Virus record (IMG/VR): IMGVR_UViG_3300033998_000157
Strand: one strand, 5' to 3'
From: an uncultured virus (IMG/VR IMGVR_UViG_3300033998_000157)
Lineage: Duplodnaviria > Heunggongvirae > Uroviricota > Caudoviricetes
Length of the DNA: 64,000 nt
The position numbers and the translations under genes were made by a program. Each line of letters begins with the position of its first letter. Position 1 is the first letter of the stretch. The notes below the pieces were generated by a model. That model worked only from the letters and a program-made list of their open reading frames with translations, was not told the origin of the DNA and did no database searches. Below, one piece after another: positions 57,974 to 64,000 of this stretch.

Positions 57974-60900
57974 ATGGTCGATAACCCAATAGAATTAAAC
58001 AGACAAGCTAAAAAACAAGAAGTTGAACAATATAGAGAAGAAGTCGTAAATGAAATAACAAATCCTTCAATGAAAGATATATTTATAGCAGGATTAGCGT
58101 AGACAGCTGCTTCGAGAATGCTCGCTCCTGCTATGAGAAAGTTTTCTAAAATATTAGGTCAATAGATATAGAATGAAGATATTTATAAAAAAGCTATTGG
58201 TACAACAAATGTTTCTCAGTTATTGAGAAACACTTTTAATTTATATTATAAAGACTAGACAGCTGGCGACGAATATTAGCTATCAAATATATTTTAGACT
58301 TTAATAAAAACAAAAGTGAAGGGAAAAGCTGGAGAATTATAGTAGTAGGCTATAAGTTATTAGCCTATGGCTAATATTAATGTATAGTCTTTTTTAACTT
58401 ATGCTTCTGTTCAAAAAATGTTAGATCCTAATTAGAAGCTTAGCATTTCAAATTATTTGCTAGGTATGGGTATGGGAAATGCTGGATATTATGGCAAAGA
58501 AAAAGCCAAAGAAGCATATTAGAAAGTTGACCCAGAAGGTTTTTTAAAATACGAAATGGCTAAAACTAATTTACATAGAACAATTCCATTTGCAATAAAT
58601 CATATCGGCACAGGTATAATCACATAGCTTTTCGGTGCTGGTAGTTATATAAAAGGTACTTTGTTAGAAGATGCAGACAGAATCACACGTAGTAAAAAGA
58701 TGATGACAATATAGTAGAGTATGCTTTCTCCTAAAAGCATAAAATTATCATACCAAAGAATGTTAAAACAATCTGGTGCAGAAGTCGCACAAAATGCAAT
58801 AGGTTTACAAGCTATATAGCAATTTAAACATACTTTTGAAGATACTTTTGCAGGTGCTGAATTATCACATTTAAAACATAATGATATACATAATTCTTTC
58901 CAAAGATTAGCAATAAAAAGAACAAGAACATCTGGTAGAACTAAAAGTTAGGAAGAATAGTATTTATAGTTAGAATATTTTTTACATAATTAGGATTAGA
59001 ACGATCCTAAAATTAAAAGTTTTATTGAAGAAATACATTAGAGATTACCAAAAGAAACTACGCCTAAATAGTATCAAAAAGCTGGTTTAGAATAGGTAAC
59101 TTTTAGAGATATAGCAGAAGGTAAAGTAAATTATACAGATATAATGGGTTATGTAAAATCTTCTGATAAGATAGAAGAAATAAATGTATATAATCAAAGA
59201 ATGAGAAAAATTATAACAGAACTCGGTAAAAAGGGATTAGATTTAGATTTACAAGTTGGATATGGAATATATAGAAAAGGACAACAAATTATATCACTAA
59301 CACCAGGACATTTAAGTGCATTAAAAACGGCTAAATATATTTCAGAAAATATGGTTGTTCCTTATCTTGGTTTCAACCCTATTTCTACTATGCAACCTTC
59401 ATTCTTATTAGAATACAATTATTTTAGACCTTTTGTAGCAACATTTGAAGCGGACAAAAAGGTAGCTACCAAAGAAGGTATGAAAGAAGTTTAGGAAATA
59501 TAGGAAAGCGTATAGTACAGAACAAGACAAAATGAAATTAAAAGAAGAGCAGTATCATATAAATCTGGTTTAGGTGCAATAATAAATGATATTGTAAATA
59601 GATATCAAGGCACTGATATAGATAAAGGTACAGTGTTAAAAGCGTTAAACTCTTCAGTAGCAGATGATGAATTTAAAATTGCAGAACAAAATTTTATACA
59701 AATATAGTCATCATTAGGCATTGATAATACTGATGCTAAGAATATGTTTAATGCGATGAGATTTACAAATTATATATTACAAGACAATGTTAAACCAAAA
59801 ACAAAAACTTTAAAAAGTTTTGTAACAATGGTTAGCGAAACAGATTTTGCTATTAAGAAAATCCAGAAACAAACTGGCTTAGATTTTAGCGAAGATACAA
59901 TAGAACAATTAACTAATTTAGGGAAAGAATTTAATGCTATCAGAAGAACAATAAAAGAACAATAGAAAGAATAGACAATAACCTATATTGGTAAAAAACC
60001 TATATTAACAATAGGAAATAGAAATATAGATATCTCCAATTATGTATATGAACAAATAGTATTAAATAAAAACAGATTAAGCGGTTCTATTGTTGAAACA
60101 TATGCTAAACAAACAGGTACAATGAGATTAAAAGCAGAGGACAAAATAAATCCTAATGCTTTAAGAAATTTGCCATTTTATCAAGATTTTACAGAAGGCG
60201 AAACTTTCTTCGAAGAAGTTCATGATATGATAATTAGTCCATATACATACCACAAAGATTTAGCAGAAGTATAGGATACTTTGCATAGCAAAAAACAATA
60301 TGGAAAAATAATATAGTTAAAAAGAGCATTTTAGAAAAGAATAAATTCAAAAACTTTAAGCAGAACCCTTGGTAAAGGATTGCAAATGCAGGATTATGAA
60401 CAATTAATAGACTAGTTTAGGCAATATGGAAAATTAGGAAATTATTTTAAATATATGTAGGAAACAACAGAAGATGCTAATACCAAAAAATAGTTATACG
60501 AGTTATAGAACTTATTAGAAATGAACAGCTTTGAAAAAGTTGTATATTCTGATATTAATAGAAACATATCATCTGGTATTATGCAATTTACTGATGAATG
60601 GTTAGACGAAGTTGTTGGTAAACACGGTATCACTCGTAGAGATGTGCTTGTCACATTCGGATAGTTTATGCACCAATTAAACGAATAGATAACAGATGAA
60701 TTAGGAAACATAACAAAATCCTTTGATAATATTTCTAAGAATATAAGTGGTAGCGGACAAATTATTGATTTATAGAATAATTTCTTACAAAAGAATATAT
60801 TATCCCAAATAAACGAATAGTTAAAACCATTCACAGATTTGTATGACAATAAAAGGATGGCTTCTTATTTTGGAGATATTATAAAACATTATCCAGCATA

Positions 60901-63900
60901 TAAATTAGATGATGATATGATTAGAGAAACATAGAGAGGAATTATATCATCGCAATTATATAAACAACATATTATAGAAACATAGGTAAATAAATAGGGT
61001 AAAACATTATATAAATCATAGCAAGTCGGCAATTTATCTTTTGACACTTAGGTTAAACAATAGTTAAACGCATATACTCCAGAGGAAGTTGCTAAAAATG
61101 TACATAACTTAATAAGTTCGAAAACTGTAAATCAATATTATGATGAATTACTAACTTTATTTGGTTTTACATATGGTGGTAATTTAGCTAAAAACCATTT
61201 ATATGGAATACCTAAAATAAGAGATGTTAAGAAAATGCTTTTAGATGATATAGATGAAAGTATGTTAATAAATTCTTCCGAGCATGTAGGTAGAATTGAA
61301 AATAAATACGATATAGGAATTAAAGATAATAGATATATCACTATCGGAGAAATACAAGGTACTTCATTTAAAGATTTACTTAAAAAGATTTTTCCTGATG
61401 TATCTAAAGATCAATCTGAAGTTGGTAACGTTACATAGTGGTCTGTTTTATCTCATTGGGTTGTTCAAAGAACAACATCGTTAATAGAAGAATTGGGTTT
61501 AGGACGACCTAATGTATATGAATAGACTAATTAGTGGAAAGAATTTGGTGGAGTATTACAAAAAATTTCATGGATAGCTTAGGGTTTTTAGGCTTTTGGT
61601 GTGTTAGATTAGATAGTAACAACTGCAACAGGTGGAACAATAAGTCCTCGAAGATCTTAGTATTCATTTGCAAATGATGTATAGATTGGTGCAGTATCAT
61701 TATAGAACATTGTTGGGGCTGGCCCATATTTCAGACACCTACACGAAACAATGCCAGGGTATTTGGCTGCCACAGGAGTAATGTTGGGGGCAGCAGCTGG
61801 CGGAGTTCGTGGAATGTTTATTTTTGGTGGTTTAGGTGCAATGGCAGAACATTTGCCACATACAAAAGAATTTGTATTGCAATCAGAAGGAGTTTCTAAT
61901 GTACCAGTATATAGAGCACAAGGATGGGAATTCGGTAGAGAACCATATTATGGCGGTGCTGTTAAAGAATATAGACCTTCATTATGGTATTTGAATAAAA
62001 AGGAATGGCAATATTCTCCATTGTTATATGGATCTAAAATGGAATATCAAATATTTGGACAACCTTATCCAACACCATTGAATTTATTTGGAATTATACC
62101 AGCAATATCAAATCATTATGATAAAAAATTGTTAATGTACAGACCATATATGAGAACTGGAAAACCAGAAGGCACATTTATACCTTAGTTATTAGGAGTG
62201 CCTGGAATATCTGATAATCCAGTAGGATTTTTAGCTAATTTTGCAGTAAGAGCTTTAATGCCAACTGAAAATTTGTTAGATGATTATGTAGCTCAATTGC
62301 AAAAATATCATATAAGCATTATGCAACAACAACCAACAATAGAATAGGTTCAATAGTATATAGTATCTTCATAGCTATAGGATCAACAATTATCTATAAG
62401 AAGAGCAGTAGGGTTTAATAATGAATAGGTAAGTTAGCAATATCAATTGTTAAAATCAAAAGGCGAACGAATGTATGCGGATTATTTAAAAAATTTCGAA
62501 TATTCAATGTATAGAATTGAAAATTTAAGTGAATGGTTCTAGGAATATACTGGTTTTATTGGTTTTGCAGCTTCTATGTTAAACCCATTTGATAGTGGTA
62601 ACGGATTGAGAGAGATAACTATTTAGACATCTGATTTTTATAGATCACCAGAACGAATGTATTATCAACAAAACTTAGGTAACATCTTTGGTTTAACTGA
62701 ATTTTACCGAAGGTTAAATCAAAGTCAGAGAAGATTAGAATATCAAATAAATCCATTGCCAAATGCATATATGACATTAAATTACCCATGGCTCACAGAC
62801 AGATTCTTACAAGGAGATCCTTATTAGAAAATAAATTATGGTGAAATAAGATTGCCTGGACCGGGTTACGAACAATTTAGAGGTTCTGTTGATGGTTATG
62901 GACCAATAGATATTTATAGAATTTTATCTAATGTTTCTCCTTACTCCTCTGCGACAGATGAATAGGAAAAAGCAGTTGAACAAATACAAAAAAATGAAAC
63001 AACTGACCCAAGATTAAGATATATTATACAACAATAGAAAGAAGAACGTAAAGCAGTTCAAGAAGGATTTAAAACAAGAGAAAAGACATTCACTATTGAA
63101 TTAGCCAAAGAAAAATATACAATGGAAAAATATTTAGGCGAAGGAAGATTCCAGACAGCAGAAGGTGAAATTGTCGAATTAAGAGGTTTTACAACAGATA
63201 TAGATGCAGTTGCTAAAAGAATTTTTGAAACTCAAAATGTAAAAATAGAAGAAGCTTATAAAATAGCAGAAGAAGAAATAGCAGAAACAGAAAAACAATT
63301 AAAAGCATTAGAAGGTCAACAAGTAACATTATACGTTCCAGAAGACGAAGGTTTGAAATATAGATATTATGATAAAAATGATATTAGAACACAAGCTATT
63401 TTGCCTAAATTGAAATATTCAAAGCATATGCGGACAGATGATACTTCGCTTGATGTTAGATAGAATCATAGTTCAAACATTATAAATAGAGCATGGGAAA
63501 ATTTCTAGCATATGTTTGGATTTGTGCATGAAAAATTCATTCCAGTTCGTTCTTAGTTTGAAGAATATTCAAGATACTATGCATATGGACAATATAGAGC
63601 ATTGTGGCAAAAGCCAATATCAGATATTCTATTACCAAGTTAGTTAAATACATTACAACTTAATCCTTTCGAATAGTCTGCTCATAGTTAGTTTGTAGGA
63701 TATATGTTAGGTGCTAATTTCCAAACAAAAATTTTCTTTGCTGGTATTAATGCCACAGTTGGTGCAATAGGTTCTATATTAACACCAAGGAGTTTGATAT
63801 TGCCAGATAAAGAACGTAGTAGAGAAATAGAAGAAGAAACTATGTTTATAAAACAACAACAAGGAGCAAAAGGATTTACTGATTATAAACAACTACCTTC

Positions 63901-64000
63901 ATTAAAACAAATGCAGAAATTGTTACCAATGACAGAAAGAAGTATGTTTTCCAAATTGATAAATTAGCCAAAAAGTGATTGGGATAAAATATTAGCAGTG
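57974..64000 (+). CDS. giant virion protein, tape-measure-like, over 2000 aa, runs off the window; TAG-recoded
   Basis: ATG 57974 is in frame with ORF fragments 59144, 59744, 61235, 61751, 63122 and 63704; follows the tail chaperones; Gly/Ala-rich hydrophobic segments. Confidence 0.75.

Noticed and set aside
30473..61727. Short minus-strand ORFs in the late region (e.g. 32104, 34063, 40190, 47886, 60442)
   Set aside because: Antisense shadows of long recoded plus-strand genes, without RBS or motifs
28357..64000. Late region as a decayed, pseudogenised prophage
   Set aside because: Interruptions are only TAG, with no TAA/TGA or frameshifts seen; genes abut cleanly and a cognate tRNA is present

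Overview
AT-rich segment of a large tailed (contractile-tail) bacteriophage that also carries plasmid-type Rep/iteron/ParA functions. The host is probably Thermotogota, inferred from recalled similarity of ThyX, thymidine kinase and HU. Layout: 1-4.4 kb is an array of short early-type genes, most preceded by one conserved motif and including an AcrIII-1 ring nuclease. 4.8-27.6 kb holds nucleotide-metabolism and maintenance genes, among them a class II RNR interrupted by both a group I intron and an Asp-terminated intein. 28-64 kb holds late and virion genes. Main result: the late genes look shattered in the standard-code ORF track only because TAG is a sense codon there, and it reads as ALANINE, not the glutamine usual in amber-recoded phages. 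The window encodes a tRNA with a CUA anticodon and the alanine identity set (G1-C72, G2-C71, G3.U70, A73), and TAG falls at conserved Ala positions of PhoH, terminase and others. Reading TAG as Ala restores RBS-led, TAA/TGA-terminated genes for terminase, portal, protease/scaffold, capsid, sheath and tube-like proteins, plus a 2148-aa single-chain two-barrel RNA polymerase candidate. The recoded transcription units share an upstream GTTAATTHA motif. All protein assignments are from motif recognition by eye; long frames were spot-checked and no database searches were run.
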